From NCBI RefSeq assembly GCF_018350175.1, contig NC_058368.1, positions 74,898,001 to 74,962,000 of the forward strand: a stretch of 64,000 nucleotides of DNA, read 5' to 3'. A program made the position numbers and the translations under genes. The notes under the pieces are model-generated. The model ran no database searches, was not told the origin of the DNA, and saw only the letters and a list, made by a program, of their open reading frames with translations. Positions 38,749 through 51,472 of this stretch are shown here, piece after piece (the first letter of the stretch is position 1; every line of letters begins with the position of its first letter). This DNA is from Felis catus (taxonomy: Eukaryota).

Positions 38749-40269
38749 AAGAAATATGTATTTTTAAAGCACTCAAGTCCAAAATCCAAGCAGTTATACC
38801 AGTTAAAGCCTGAAGGCTGAGCTTTGTGCTCTCACCTTGGGGGCAGGTGAAGAGCTATGAAAACAGTGGCTGGAACCATAATAGCAAAACCAACATCCCA
38901 CGATGACACTCAGGACATGAAACCAGGAAATGAGAGGAGAGGGTACAAATGCCTGGCAGCACAAGACTTGAATGGTACCAGCATCTCTTCAGGAGGAAAG
39001 AGGGACAAGCTGACACTGATGGATGCGAGAAGTGGAGATGCCCCAACTTGCCACCAGGCGTGTGCTGGAACATGGGCAGGACAATTTGAAAAACTCTACT
39101 GAAACTATACGTATTTTTTTCCGTATGCTAAATTGTGGCTAAATAGCGTGAGTCCATGATTTAAGATGATGTCACGTGAACGATCTGATGTCTATGAAGT
39201 CTGCAAAATCCCTCTACGACAGAACCCTACATCAAGGAGAGACTATCTGAAAGAAAACCTAAATTTATTAGAAGAGGAATGACAGGGGCAAAAGCAGGAG
39301 TTGGGTGTGTTTAAAATAAACAAAGGAAACTACTAGAAGATTTCAAATGGTAAGGGACCATAACATTAAAAAACTGATGGAAATTATAGGGAAGGCGTTA
39401 GAGCCACGAGCCTAGAAAAACTCTTCGACTGCACTCTTTCTTCCTCAAATACCATGAAACGAATTTAATGTAGAGAAAGAAAAAGTAGCACAACACAAAT
39501 GATCACAATTAAATACCATGCGCTTCCTTTTTTTAAAAAGATATATTGACATAGAATAATGACCGTTTAGGAAATGGAAGCCCTCCAATGGAAGAACAGA
39601 TGTTCCAAACAAGCTAAAATAAATTAGGAAAATGATAGAAGATAGAAAACAATACCATAAGCCCAAAATAAAAACTCAGAAAGGAGATGGTAACATATGG
39701 AAAAAGGATATGAAATAAACAAATAACAATATTAACTGGGCACACAGATAATTTCTTTAGATTAAAAAAAATTAAGCAAAAGGAGACAAGCCTTTTAAAA
39801 CCAAAATGAAATAAAGAAAGAGCTAAAAGGGATCCAACTGAAAGTGACTGGTTATAGAATGGATGTAGGGACTGTCCAATAGACCTATAAAAAGTGACCT
39901 CAAACAAAAACCAATGCAAAAAAACCAAAAGTGATTTCTCAAAAAGTTCTCAAAAGCAATCTCATCGATCAGCAAAACCCCACTCAGCTGTCATGTAGTT
40001 CACCAATATTCTACCCACATCTAAGACACCCTTACAAAAAGTTGTCATGTAAAATTTTAAAAAAGAATATTAGTTGTTTATTTTTTTTAGATATTTCAGG
40101 GCATTGTAGTTGAAATACATCACCTTTTCCTCAAGAAGAATCCTGGGGAATCCTTCTTTTTGTTTCTTAAAATCCTTAACTCTTCCATAAAATCGGTTGC
40201 CAGCTACTGGTGATTCTTTCACCATGATTCTGGCATATGTAGTCTTTGATTTTTTTTTCCCAAACAAAC

Positions 40270-40346
40270 CTGTCTTCTTCCAGCACATTCTGCGGAATCA
40301 TTGACTCAGTAAGGACAGCACTGAGTTTCCCTCCGTGTTGGTCACA
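40270..40346 (-). other. Candidate internal exon (77 nt)
   Basis: Minus-strand acceptor (t)n-caccgcag|TGTGAC and donor GACAG|gtttgt. Confidence 0.3.
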
Positions 40347-40559
40347 CTGCGGTGAAAAAAAAAAAAATAGCGTTCCATCCTTTGTGAGTCTCTTGCCTAC
40401 TGCTGATGTGCTCTCATTTTTAACTCTCTCTGTAAATATTTGTGTCTTTCCAAGCATGATGATTTCCTCAGATGTGTCTGAGATAGCCAGCTACGGGCGG
40501 CCAAAGCTACTGCTACTTGGAACACTCCACAGTATGAGAAAGAACCCAGGTTTTGGTTT

Positions 40560-40745
40560 CAAAAACACTTGGGCTTAAACCTCATCTCTGGCTCATACTA
40601 AACATATAACTTAAGTAAGGAACTTAATCTTTCTAAGCCCCATTTCCTCAGCTATAAGAGGGCTTTAATGATATTTTACTCCATGGTTTATTGTGGGGAT
40701 TAATGGGGCAGCATATGAAAGTGCTTTGTAAAGTAAGAGTGCCCC
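40560..40745 (+). mobile_element. MIR relic
   Basis: acttaatctttctaagccccatttcctcagctataa...ttattgtggggattaatg. Confidence 0.65.
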
Positions 40746-41334
40746 ACAGGTTTAAGGTTACAGGACCACAGAAAACGTCCACATCAAATTCAGTGTGTCT
40801 GGTATGGAATTCATCTAACAGTCATTCAAAAAGCATTTACGAGATGCCTGTGAGCCCCCGGGCCAGTGCTGGTGGCTGCACCGCCTCTGACGACCCCAGT
40901 ACGTCTCCTCTCCCATCCTGAGACTCATAATTTTGCCCAGAATGCTTCATGCACCCATCTATGCATTTGCAAAATCTCAGTGTCACTTGGAGTCATTTCT
41001 TCTTCCTAATTGTCAATATCCAGTCAATGTCCTTCTGGCTTTCTGATGTTTGCTTCCTAAAGTTTCTGAATCTCTTCCAACATTTCCTTTCTTATACTTA
41101 GATCTGTTTAAGGAAACCAAAAATCTGGAACTTGGGCAATGTGCAATTATATTTGAAAATTGCCCCACTGTGTTCAAAATTAAACAAACATACTGTAAGT
41201 CTCTATTTTCGCCAAAAAGATGCTAGAGATTATAGAGTGACTTACTTCAATGTATTTAAGGAAAACAGGCAGTAGAACAAGCTTACAGTGCTTTTAAGGT
41301 CAAAAGTCTATGGCACCATGAGCTGGCGAAGAAG

Positions 41335-41336
<2 letters not shown>

Positions 41337-41378
<42 letters not shown>
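41337..41378. repeat. (TA)n microsatellite
   Basis: Seen directly. Confidence 0.97.
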
Positions 41379-41382
<4 letters not shown>

Positions 41383-41464
41383 GGGAACTTAAATAGCCAC
41401 ATTGCAAGAGGATAAACCAAACATTAATACAGACAACTTTACATGATGAGCTAAAAGAGAATCC

Positions 41465-41465
41465 T

Positions 41466-41504
<39 letters not shown>
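41465..41504. repeat. (TTTA)n microsatellite
   Basis: Seen directly. Confidence 0.96.
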
Positions 41505-41690
41505 CATGCAGAAGGTGAAAACTGATTCAGGGAAAATAGAAGGAAATAGATACTTCACTTTTTCTTCACTGGTGCTTGACAGATATACCAAGGTTAAGTA
41601 AGACTTCTCTGTGGCATAGAGCTTTCATGAGATTCAAAAACTGAGGAAGATGGATGAGAAGAAGTTCTCTTTAAAATCAAGCAGAGTTGT

Positions 41691-41885
41691 CGGGGCGCCT
41701 GGGAGCTCAGTCCAATAAGTGTCCGACTCTTGATTTTGGCTCAGGTTACGATCTCAAGGTTTGTGGGTTCGAGCCCGGCATTGGACTCTGCGCGGACAGT
41801 GTGGAGCCTCCTGGAGATTCTCGCTCCCCTCTCTCTCTTTCCCTCCCCTACACTCTCTCTGAAAATAAATAAATACACTAAAAAT
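41691..41885 (+). mobile_element. Can-SINE (older)
   Basis: ggggcgcctgggagctcag head and aataaataaa tail. Confidence 0.92.
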
Positions 41886-42103
41886 AATTGAACCGAGTTG
41901 TTAAACACCTCTTATCAGAACTCAGTGGAAAAAGAGAAATTAGTCTGGTCACACACACAAATGCACACATGCATGCTATCTTTTGCACTGGTGGACATAA
42001 ATCATCCTAGAGATTCGTTGGGGGTGGATATAAAGACCATACTGCCTCCCACCTGCTTTCCCCTGAAGGGAATGAGTCCCAAAAGAACTGTTCAGAGATG
42101 GTT

Positions 42104-42144
42104 GGAATGGTTCCTACTGGAATGGTTCCTACTAGAATGGTTCC
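42104..42144. repeat. 15-bp tandem repeat (ggaatggttcctact) about 2.7 copies
   Basis: Seen directly; gives WFLLE repeats in the ORF track. Confidence 0.9.
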
Positions 42145-42202
42145 CAAGGCATCTTCATTCTTTGTGTAGATCACATTCTGGAGTTAATAGGAGTGACAGG
42201 AT

Positions 42203-42252
42203 TAATAACAATAACAATAGCAATAACAATAACAATAACAATAATAATAATA
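42203..42252. repeat. (AAT/AAC)n trinucleotide tract
   Basis: Seen directly. Confidence 0.93.
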
Positions 42253-42851
42253 TTAAAACAGCAGCATCAGGAATAATCTACAGTTTTCCACTTAATGCAA
42301 CAAAGTTATTGAGTTCCCTCTGACTGAAAAGTGGAAGTTTGCTTGATTCAAGCCACCTTGAAAAGGTCACAGTCTGGGAAAATATAAATTAACCAGACTG
42401 ACCTCTGGGAGTAATAGAGAGAGTCATCGAGAACTATAGCCAGCTAAGTAGCAGGCCTAGATAATTTCACAGCTTATTCTACCAATTATTTAAGAAATAT
42501 AATAAAATGTAATTCATTTACTATGGCGAGTGAAGTATCTAGGAGTAAACATACCAAGAGATGTGATATATTTAAATAAAAATACTTTAAAATCTCGCTC
42601 TTCCTGCCATGAAGAACTGAAACAGAAAAAAAATAAAACAGAAAAAAATAAAAATAAAAAAGGAACTTTGTTGTTTAAAAAAATGAAGTTAAGATTACAT
42701 TGCCATCACAAATAGCTCAAAAACTTACTGAATAGATTGATACCCTTTTCTGAGGCCAGACCTTCCCAATCTCCAAGTGATGGCAGGTCATCTTGCTCTT
42801 CATGTGGGAAATGTCATTGTAGAAGGCAATGGAAGCAATCTCTTCATTGGG

Positions 42852-44004
42852 TCAGTGACTTCAAAGATGTCAACAAGGAAAAAAAAAAACAAAAACAAAA
42901 ACCAGCAGGATGGAGAGAGAACCATCGCTTCAAGCTCCAGAACAACAGGGCCTTTGGAGAAGTCAACAAAATACACACCTACAAAACCCTCAGACCACTC
43001 GCATTGTGTCAAGGAAGTTAAAGATGCTAGAATCTTCTGGGGAGGCAACCAATGGATCTATGAATGTGACTAAGTTCAGCAAGGAACCTTCTGATATTTG
43101 TGCTACATCTGAACTATAGCCAAAGAAAATTTCCTTTTAGGGGAAGATTTTAACTCCGTTGACTTGGAAGAAGTTTCTTCTCCAACTGATAGTGGAATGG
43201 ACAAAAGAGACACCTCAACAGAGTGCCTTTCTCTTGACCCAGAAGAGCTAAGGAAGGCTACATCATAAACAATACTCCTGCTACAGAAATGTAGGTGGAG
43301 CCAGCCCTGAGCTTTTCCAGAACAGACAATAATGATGAACTGAAGGGAGCCCTAGCTTTAGAAACCTGTGAAAAGCAAGATATAGTGCCAGACACGGACA
43401 AGTAGTTGGGGTCCCCAGGAATCCAAGTAGAAAACATTGAATGGACATGAATGTACATGGAAATCTAGATAAAGTTAAATTCATTGAATATTACCTTCAT
43501 AAGAAGAGAGAAGGGTCACAGTTATAAAGTTGCAGAAGCCAGAATTAATGATGGCAAAATTATTGAGCTAGTGGGGGCAGACATCACCCTTAGTAATTCT
43601 GTTTCCCAGGTAGGTGATTCATCAGCTGAACGCAATAAAGAGCCAGATAAAAGCTGGGTAAAAGAGTATCCCTCCCACAGCAAATGGCCTTCTTCTGCCT
43701 ACAGAAGCAAATGGGAATAGTGTCCAGGCACCTCTTTAGAATCTCTTCTGGATCACAACTGCCAAGGTGCACAAATGGATAATAAGTCTGAAATTCAGTT
43801 TTGGCTACCAGAAAGAATTCAGGTACCTACTGAAGATATACTTCTTTCAAAAGAAGAGAAAAGCAAGACTCCACCCACCTTTCTGTGCATTAAAGTAGGA
43901 AAGCCAATGGGAAAATTCCTTGTCACGCACACTGCAGCCATAGTCCAGCAGTATGGCAAACGAAGAAAGTAGCCAGAGTATTGGTTTGCTGTTTCTCTGG
44001 AGAG
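42852..44004 (+). pseudogene. NCOA7: Processed pseudogene fragment of nuclear receptor coactivator 7 (central region, no TLDc domain)
   Basis: Translation across frameshifts matches recalled NCOA7: FKDVNKEK..QQDGE..PLEKST..TPTKPS; KEPSD; VDLEEVSS; ECLSLDPEE; ELKGALALETCEKQD; MDNKSEIQFWL..IQVPTEDILLSKEEKSKTPPTFLCIKVGKPMGK..THTAAIVQQYGKRRK*PEYWFAV. Several stops and frameshifts, no introns. Confidence 0.9.
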
Positions 44005-44979
44005 CCTGTGTTAACAGCTGTCTGAAATATAAGAAGGTATCCTGTGCCCTGCTCCAGGAAGAGATGTGTAGTCTTGGGCTGCCCTGCTCTGGTCAGTGGA
44101 ATAAGGAGTCAGAGAATCAAGTGGTGACGAATGAGAATTCCTAGAAATAGTGTGCCCCGGACTGAGATTCTTTATCCATTCGAAACATAAGTTCTTAATT
44201 TGAAAAATGAGTCATTGTGGGTACTAATTGATGAGATTCCAAATGAACAAACACTTAATGAACAAACACATGCATACATCCTGGCATGTGCTGGGCCAGT
44301 TCTAGGTAAATAAGACTGGGACTCTGCCTGGAGAAGCTTATGAAATCTGATGAAACAGTTTCTACCACTTTCTTGAGACTTAATAGGAATGTATTTCATA
44401 GATTTGGATAATGTTCTATGCAAAAAGAGCAGTCATCTTATTGTTCTTAATACTAAGAGATTATTTCCTAATTTAGAAAAAACCAATAATTGCTGTTCAT
44501 ATGAAAAATTTTCTCTTTTTTATAATTAAAAATAGCTCAAAAACATAGCACAAATAAATCACAGATGAATCATTCTTTTCAGTATCAATGAAAAATATCT
44601 CAAATAAAATATTAGGAAACTGCATCCAACTTCAACATGGTATTGCTACATCATGACCCATTAGTATTTAAGGTATAATGTCAAGATGATTTGGTGTTAG
44701 AATATTTTACTCATTTTATTAAGAAATGAAAGTAAAACAAAAAAACCTTACGATCTTCTCGTATATTCAATAGGCAGTTTAAAATGCATAATATATTCTT
44801 TATAAAAATTCTTAATTAAACAAGAATAAATAATTACTTTCATAACAGATAAAATGAATTCCTATTTCCTTAATGGATAAAATAAAAGTTCTTATATTAA
44901 CATTCTCTTAATGTTCTGAAAGCATATGAACCTTTAGAGGAAGCATTATCTTTAAAGTAAGAATAATAACAAGAGTACT

Positions 44980-45169
44980 TTCTTCCTTTCTTCTCCTCTC
45001 CTTCCCCTTCTTCATCTTCTTTTCCTTCCCCTTCTCCTTCCCCTTCTTCTCCTCCTTCTTCTCTTCTTCTTCTTCTTCCCCTTGTTCTTCTCTTCTTCTT
45101 CTTCTTCTTCTTCTTCTTCTTCTTCTCTTCTTCTTCTTCTTCTTCTTCTTCTTCTTCTTCTTCTTCTTC
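44980..45169. repeat. (TTC)n and CT-rich tract
   Basis: Seen directly; explains the poly-K/R/E ORF at 44908-45174. Confidence 0.97.
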
Positions 45170-45239
45170 AACATTGTTCTGATATACAGTTTACTCCAGC
45201 TAGATAAGAATAGAAATGAAAGATAAAAATCTTAATGGA

Positions 45240-48015
45240 GACTTTTGGTTTCATAAAGAAAGGTGGAGTAAATGTACTCTTCCTAACTCCTTCTTCTAAA
45301 TAAAACAACAATAACAAAAAACGTGGACATTACACATAATGTGTAATTACACAGCAGCAAAATGTGGGTGAGGAGCTCAGAGTTCCACCTTTGCAAGGAT
45401 GTCATAAGGTGCCTCAATAACCTGACCACAGGGTATTAGAGCAGGTCAAATAGGGAGATAGAATTTTTGTCATCACCAGCCAGTGAAGATCTCCTTATAG
45501 GCCACACTTCTCTCCCCTATGGAGTCCCTGGAGGCTACATGGAGAGCCTAGACTTCCACCCCCATCCCTTCCTTGCTAGATGGTGTTAGGACAGGCCTAG
45601 TGGAGAGTCTGGACATCCACCGTCACCCCTCAGTGATGTAGTGACACAGTGACAAGGCCACTTCCACAGTAGTATCAGTCAAGACAACCTGGGAAGCTAG
45701 AACATCCTTTTGCTCAGCAGTAATAAGCCTCCCTCCTGCTTTGGGGTGCCACGTGGAGCTAGACTTTACCTCTATCTGCCAAAGACAAGAGAGTGTCCCT
45801 CCTCCACTGTCATTGTGGTATCAGAGGAAGCCACCTAAAACTGAAGGCTTAAATAAGATCCACAGGCTCATAACACAACATAGAAATGTTAGGTCTTCGA
45901 AAAGAAAAATCACTACATACCAAGGACCAACACAGTCTCAAGATCAATGTTAAAAAAAAAAATCTCAATTTCCACACTGAGATGACAAAGATATTAGAAT
46001 TACCTGACAAGTATTTTAAAAGTAGTTACGATATAAAAGCTTCAGTGAGCAATTATGAACACACTTGAAACGAATGAAGAAATAAAAAGTCTCAACAAAG
46101 AAGTAGAAGACATAAAGAAGAGCCACATGGAATTTTAGGACTGAAAAATACAATAACCAAAATAAAATTTTAGTGTCTTCAGTTCAGCATCACAATGGAG
46201 AAAATACAGAAGAATCAGTGAACTAGAGACAGAACAGTAAAAACCACCTCGTCTAAAAGAGAGAGGGAGTTGACTGAAAAAGAAATTTAACAGAGTCTCA
46301 GAGACCTGTAGGACTACTGAGAAAGACTTAATATACATGTTTTAGAGTCCCAGAGGAAAAGAAAAAACGTAGTACTGAAAAAGTACTCGAGGAAACAATG
46401 GGTATAAACTTCTCAAATTTGTAAAAAAAAAAACAACCCATAAACTTACAGATTTAAGGAACTGAGCAAACCTCAAATAGAATAAACCCAAAGAAATCCA
46501 AGCCAATGGGCATCACTATTAATTTATTCTAAAATTTATATAAAGAAGGAAAGGACTTCGAATACTTACAACAGTCTTGATGTGCAAGAACAAAATGGGA
46601 GGAATCACTCTATTTAATGTTAAGGTCAGCGCTTAACCCTGCAGGGCTCAGGTCATGTGGTACTGGCCAAGGGATAGACACATAGATCCAGAACCAAAAT
46701 AGCAAAACCATTAATAGACACATTCTTGTTGCATCTGATTTTTTTACAAAGTTGTAAAACCAATTCAATGGGGGTAAACTTACCAACATATAGTGCTTGA
46801 AGGAATTGGACATTTGTAGTCCCCCCCCAAAAAATGAAACTTAACCCTACACAAAATTAATACCTTATACAAAAATTAACTCAAACTGGATCATGGAATT
46901 AAATACAAAACTAAAACTTGTATGCAAAAATAGGAGGAAGTCTCTGCGACATGGGGCTAGGCAAAGAAAGACTCCTTAGACTTGGTGGCAGGATGAAAGA
47001 AAATACAACCTATAGAGTAGGGGAAATATTTGTAAATTGCTTCCCTAACAAAGAACAAGGCATGTAGAATATAAAAAAGAACTCTCAAAACTCCACTGTA
47101 AAAAGGCAAACAATCCAATTAGAACAAGTCAAAAGTCATGAAGAGACATTTCACTGAAGAAGATTCTTGGGCTGGAAATGAGCACATGAGAAGAGTTCAA
47201 TGTCATTTACTGTTAGGGAAAGGTGAATTAGAAACACAATGAGATATCACTGCACACCTATTCGAATGGCTAATGTAAAAATAAAATTGTGATATCACCA
47301 AAAGCTGAGGAGGATGGAGAAGAACTGAATCACTCCTACATTACCAGCAAAAATGGAAAATGATCCAGCCAGTCTGGAAAATAGTATATCTGCTACTTAA
47401 AATGCTCAATATACAACCTTGCAATTACACTCAGGCTGTTATTCCAAGGCAATGAAGACAAAGAGCTGTACACAAATGTTCACAGAAGCTCTACCCATAA
47501 TAATCATAAACCAGAATCAACCCAGATGTCTCGCGATAGAGGATACAAACTGGTATATCCACACTATGGAATCCTACTCCACATTCTAAAGGAATAGACT
47601 GTTGGTACACCCAACAATTGGGATGGATCTCCAGAGAATTATGCTGAGTGAAAAAGCCAGTGGCAAAAGGCTTTTTACACTGATTCTATTTGTATAATAT
47701 TCCTAAAATGACAAAAGTACAGAAATGGACAAAAGATTAGTGTCTCAGTGGAGTTAAGGAGAAAGTAGAGGTAAGAGAAAAGTGGGCGTGTCTATAAAAG
47801 GGTACCCTGGGGGATTCTGGTGTGATGGAAATCTTGTGTAGTTTGACTGTGTCAATGTCCTGGTTGTGATACTGTGTTATATTTGTGTTGGGTTTTTCAT
47901 GATGTCACCATTTGGAGAAACTATAGGATACACAGGATCTCTCTGTCTCTCTGTATTATTTTTTCCAGCTGCATGGGAATCTACCATTATTTCCCCCAAG
48001 AAAGTTTTCAAAAGT
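45240..48015 (+). mobile_element. Old L1 (L1MC/L1MD-type): 5' region, ORF1, large internal deletion, ORF2 end and 3'UTR
   Basis: ORF1-like segment 45975-46510 jumps directly to late ORF2 at about 46525; 3'UTR gtgatggaaatc...gatgtcaccatttggagaaac. Confidence 0.85.
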
Positions 48016-48293
48016 CTGTTAAAAAACAGCTTGTGATTATTTTAAGATATTGTACTTTGCCTGGAAAACTATGATAAACAAGAAAAGATAAAAATGAATC
48101 TCAGCTCAAAATACAATTCCTATGGATAAAAGTTTATCTATGCATGTAGAAAAACAACAGGAAAATAGAAGATGAAATTCATATAATTAAATAATAGACA
48201 TCACATCAAGAAACTTTTAAAAACACTCCTGAGGGACACAAAAGAGTACTAAGTAAAAAGTATATACTTGAAAATGAGGTGTCAGTAGATCTT

Positions 48294-48499
48294 TTTTCAA
48301 CGTTTATTTATTTTTGGGACAGAGAGAGACAGAGCATGAACGCGGGAGGGGCAGAGAGAGAGGGAGACACAGAATCCGAAACAGGCTCCAGGCTCTGAGC
48401 CATCAGCCCAGAGCCCGACGCGGGGCTCGAACCCACGGACCGCGAGATCGTGACCTGGCTGAAGTCGGACGCTTAGCCGACTACGCCACCCAGGCGCCC
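48294..48499 (-). mobile_element. Young feline Can-SINE with very short tail
   Basis: Perfect 19-bp TSD tgaggtgtcagtagatctt at 48275-48293 and 48500-48518. Confidence 0.97.
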
Positions 48500-48724
48500 T
48501 GAGGTGTCAGTAGATCTTAAAAAACTATTGCTTAAATAAACCTCTATGTTTTATGTAATTCCAATGAAACTGACATTTGAAATATTTTTGAAAATACTAA
48601 TATGATTTTGTCATCCTTGGAGACAATACATAAGGATACTTCTCAAAATGAAGAAAACGAAGAAAATAGATATAACACATACTAAAGTGATGAATAAAGA
48701 GTTGCTAATGACATTTGTTTATTT

Positions 48725-51030
48725 TTTACATTTGTGTTTATTTTTTGTAATCCCAGTATAGTTAGCATACAGTGTTATATTGGTTGCACGTGTACATCAT
48801 AGTGATTTACATTACTCAGTGCTCATCACAATAAGTGTATTCTTAATCGCCTTCACCTATTTTGCCCATTTCCCTGCCCAGCTCCCCTCTGTCAACAACA
48901 AGTTTGTTATATATAATTGAGTCTGTTTATTTTGTTGTTTTTCTCTCTTCTTATTTCTTTTTAAAACTTTTTTAAATGTTTAGTTTATTTTTGAGAGACA
49001 GAGATAAACAGAGTGTGAGCAGGGGAGGGGCAGAGAGAAAGGGAGACACAGAATCCAAAGCAGGCTTCAGCTTCAAGCTGTCAGCCCGAGATCATGACCC
49101 GAACAGAAGTTGGACGCTTGACCAACTAAGCCACCCAGCTACCCTTGTTTTGTTTCTTAAATTCCACATATGAGTGAAGTCATAAGGTATTTGTCTTTCC
49201 CTGACTGACTTATTTCACTTAGCATTATAGCCTCTAGATCCATCCATGTTGTTGTAAATAGCAAGATTTCATTCTTTTGCCATTTACCTGTGGGTGCACA
49301 CTTAGGTTCCTTCCATATCTTACCTACTGTAAATAATGCTGCAATAAACATAAGGGTGCATATATCCTTTTGAATTAGTGTTTTCATCTTTGCGGGGGGG
49401 AGGAGGGAAATACCTAGTACTGTAATTACTGGATCCTATGGTAATTCTATTTTTAATTTCTTGAGGAACTGCCATAGTGTTTTCCACAGTGGCTGTACCA
49501 GTTTGCATTCCCATCAACAGGGCACGAGGGCTCCTTTTTCTCCATATCCTTGCTAACACTTGTTGTTTCTTGGGGTTTTGATTTCAGCCATTCTGACAGG
49601 TGTGAGGTGTTGTCTCGCTTTGATTTTCATTTGCATTTCTCTGATGATGACTGACGAGCATCTTTTCATGTGTCTGTTGGCGTTCAGTATGTCTTCTTGA
49701 AGAAATGTCTGTTCATATCTTCTGCCATTTTTTAATGGAATTATTTGTTTGTTTTGCTTTTATTTTTGTTTTTTGTTGTTGTTGAGTTGTGTAAGTTCTT
49801 TATATACTTTGGATATTAACCCCTTCATGGGTATATCATTTGCAAATGTATTCTCTTAATCAGTGGGTTCTTTTGGTTTTGTTGACAGTCTTCCTTGCTG
49901 TGCAAAAGCTTTATATTCTGGTGTAGTCCTAATAGTTTAATTTTGCTTTTGTTTCCCTTGCCAAAGGAGATAATATCTAGGAAAATGTTTCTATGGCTGA
50001 TGTCAAAGAGATCATTGCCTATGTTTTTAGGTCTTATCTTTAGGTCTTTAATTCATTTTGAATTTATTTTTGTGTATCGTTTAAGAACATGGTCTAGTTT
50101 CATTCTTTTGCATGTAGCTGTCCAGTTTTCCAAACACCATTTGTTGGAGAAACTGTCTTTCTCTCATTGTATCGTCTTGCCTCTTTTGTGGAGGATTGAT
50201 TGACCACGTGTTTCTTTCTGAGCTCCCTATTCTGTTCCATTGATCTTTGTGTCTGTTTTTGTGCCAGTACCATACTGTTTTGACTTCTACAGATTTGTGT
50301 CCCATCTTGAAATCTGGGATTGTGGTAGCCCCAGTTTTGTTCTTCTTTTTCAAGCTCTCTTTGACTATCCAAGGTCTTTGTGGTTCCATACAAAGTTTAA
50401 GATTATTTGCTCTAGTTCTGTGAAAAACTGCTGTTGATATTTTGATAGGGATTGTATTAAATCTGTGGGTTGCTTTGCGTTATGTATGTAATATGGGAAT
50501 TTTAATATTAGCTCTTCCAATCCATGAACATGGACTATCGTTCCATCTGTTTGTATCATCTTCCATTTCTTTCATTAATATTTTATACTCTTTCACCTTC
50601 TTGGTTGTTTATTCCTAATACATTTTATTATTTTTGGCACAATCATAAAGGGAATTGTTTTCTTAATTCCTTTTTCTGCTACTTCATTATTAGTTCATAG
50701 AAATGCAAAAACTTTACGGACACTGATTTTGTGTGCTGTGACTTCACTGAATTCATTTATCCATTCTAGTAGGTTTTTGGTGGAATCCTTAGGGTTTTCT
50801 ATAGATAGTATCATGTCATCTGCAAATAGAGCAAGTTTTACTTCTTCCTTGCCGATTTGAATGCCTTTGATTTATTTTCCTTGTATGATTGCTGTGGGGA
50901 GGACTTCCAGTATTTTGTTGAATAAAAGTGGTGAGAGTGGTCATATTCGTCTTGTTTCTGAACTTTGAGGAAAAGCTCTCTACTTTTCTCCCATTGAGTA
51001 CGCTAGCTGTTGGTTTTCATATATGGCCTT
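48725..51030 (-). mobile_element. Carnivore L1 (3'UTR plus 3' half of ORF2), interrupted by a SINE
   Basis: ORFs 49157..49387 (MFIAALFTVGKIWKEPKC..TTWMDLE), 50081..50389 (KTVWYWHKNRHKDQWNRI) and 50365..50559 (FFTELEQIILNFVWNHK) are L1 ORF2 motifs. Confidence 0.96.
48958..49144 (-). mobile_element. Can-SINE nested in L1 3'UTR, with internal deletion
   Basis: Tail, GA tract and degenerate head. Confidence 0.9.
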
Positions 51031-51472
51031 TAAGGGTGTTATATGTCCATTTAAATGGATATAGAGAGAGAATGTCAAGAAACTTCAGAAATAAACCATA
51101 ATTCATTGTGAAATTCAATACATTTAATGGCGACATCTCAAGTTGGTCAATAAAACATAGATTACTAAATAAATTGTAGTTTTTGACATTATTTGAGTTG
51201 AAAAATGTATTTTAATGTCTAATCTAAAATACACATTAAATAAGTCCTAAAGCTACTATATAATTAAAGGGAAAGAAAACTAACATTAAAAAGCAATGAA
51301 ATAAACGTAGAATATCTTATTTTAATTCGTGTTTTCAGCACGTAGGCCTTTCTCAACAGCATATAAATCCTACAAGTATACATGAAAATGATTAATAAAT
51401 TCAAGCTATAAAAATAAAAATTTGAATTAAAAAAAATCATGACAGTGAGAGACAACTGATCATTTAATGCTT

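Noticed and set aside
39200..40070. A-rich stretch resembling very old L1 ORF1/HAL1
   Set aside because: Too degraded to call by eye.
42104..42144. Short direct repeats as CRISPR-like array
   Set aside because: Head-to-tail 15-mers with no spacers, in a mammalian genome.
43775..43972. 65-aa ORF as a functional NCOA7/OXR1-like gene
   Set aside because: It ends at a nonsense change (CAG to TAG) with homology continuing beyond, and the upstream homology is full of stops and frameshifts.
49157..50559. Reverse-transcriptase-associated ORFs as an active element or novel RT system
   Set aside because: Fragmented, frameshifted L1 ORF2 in a 5'-truncated copy.
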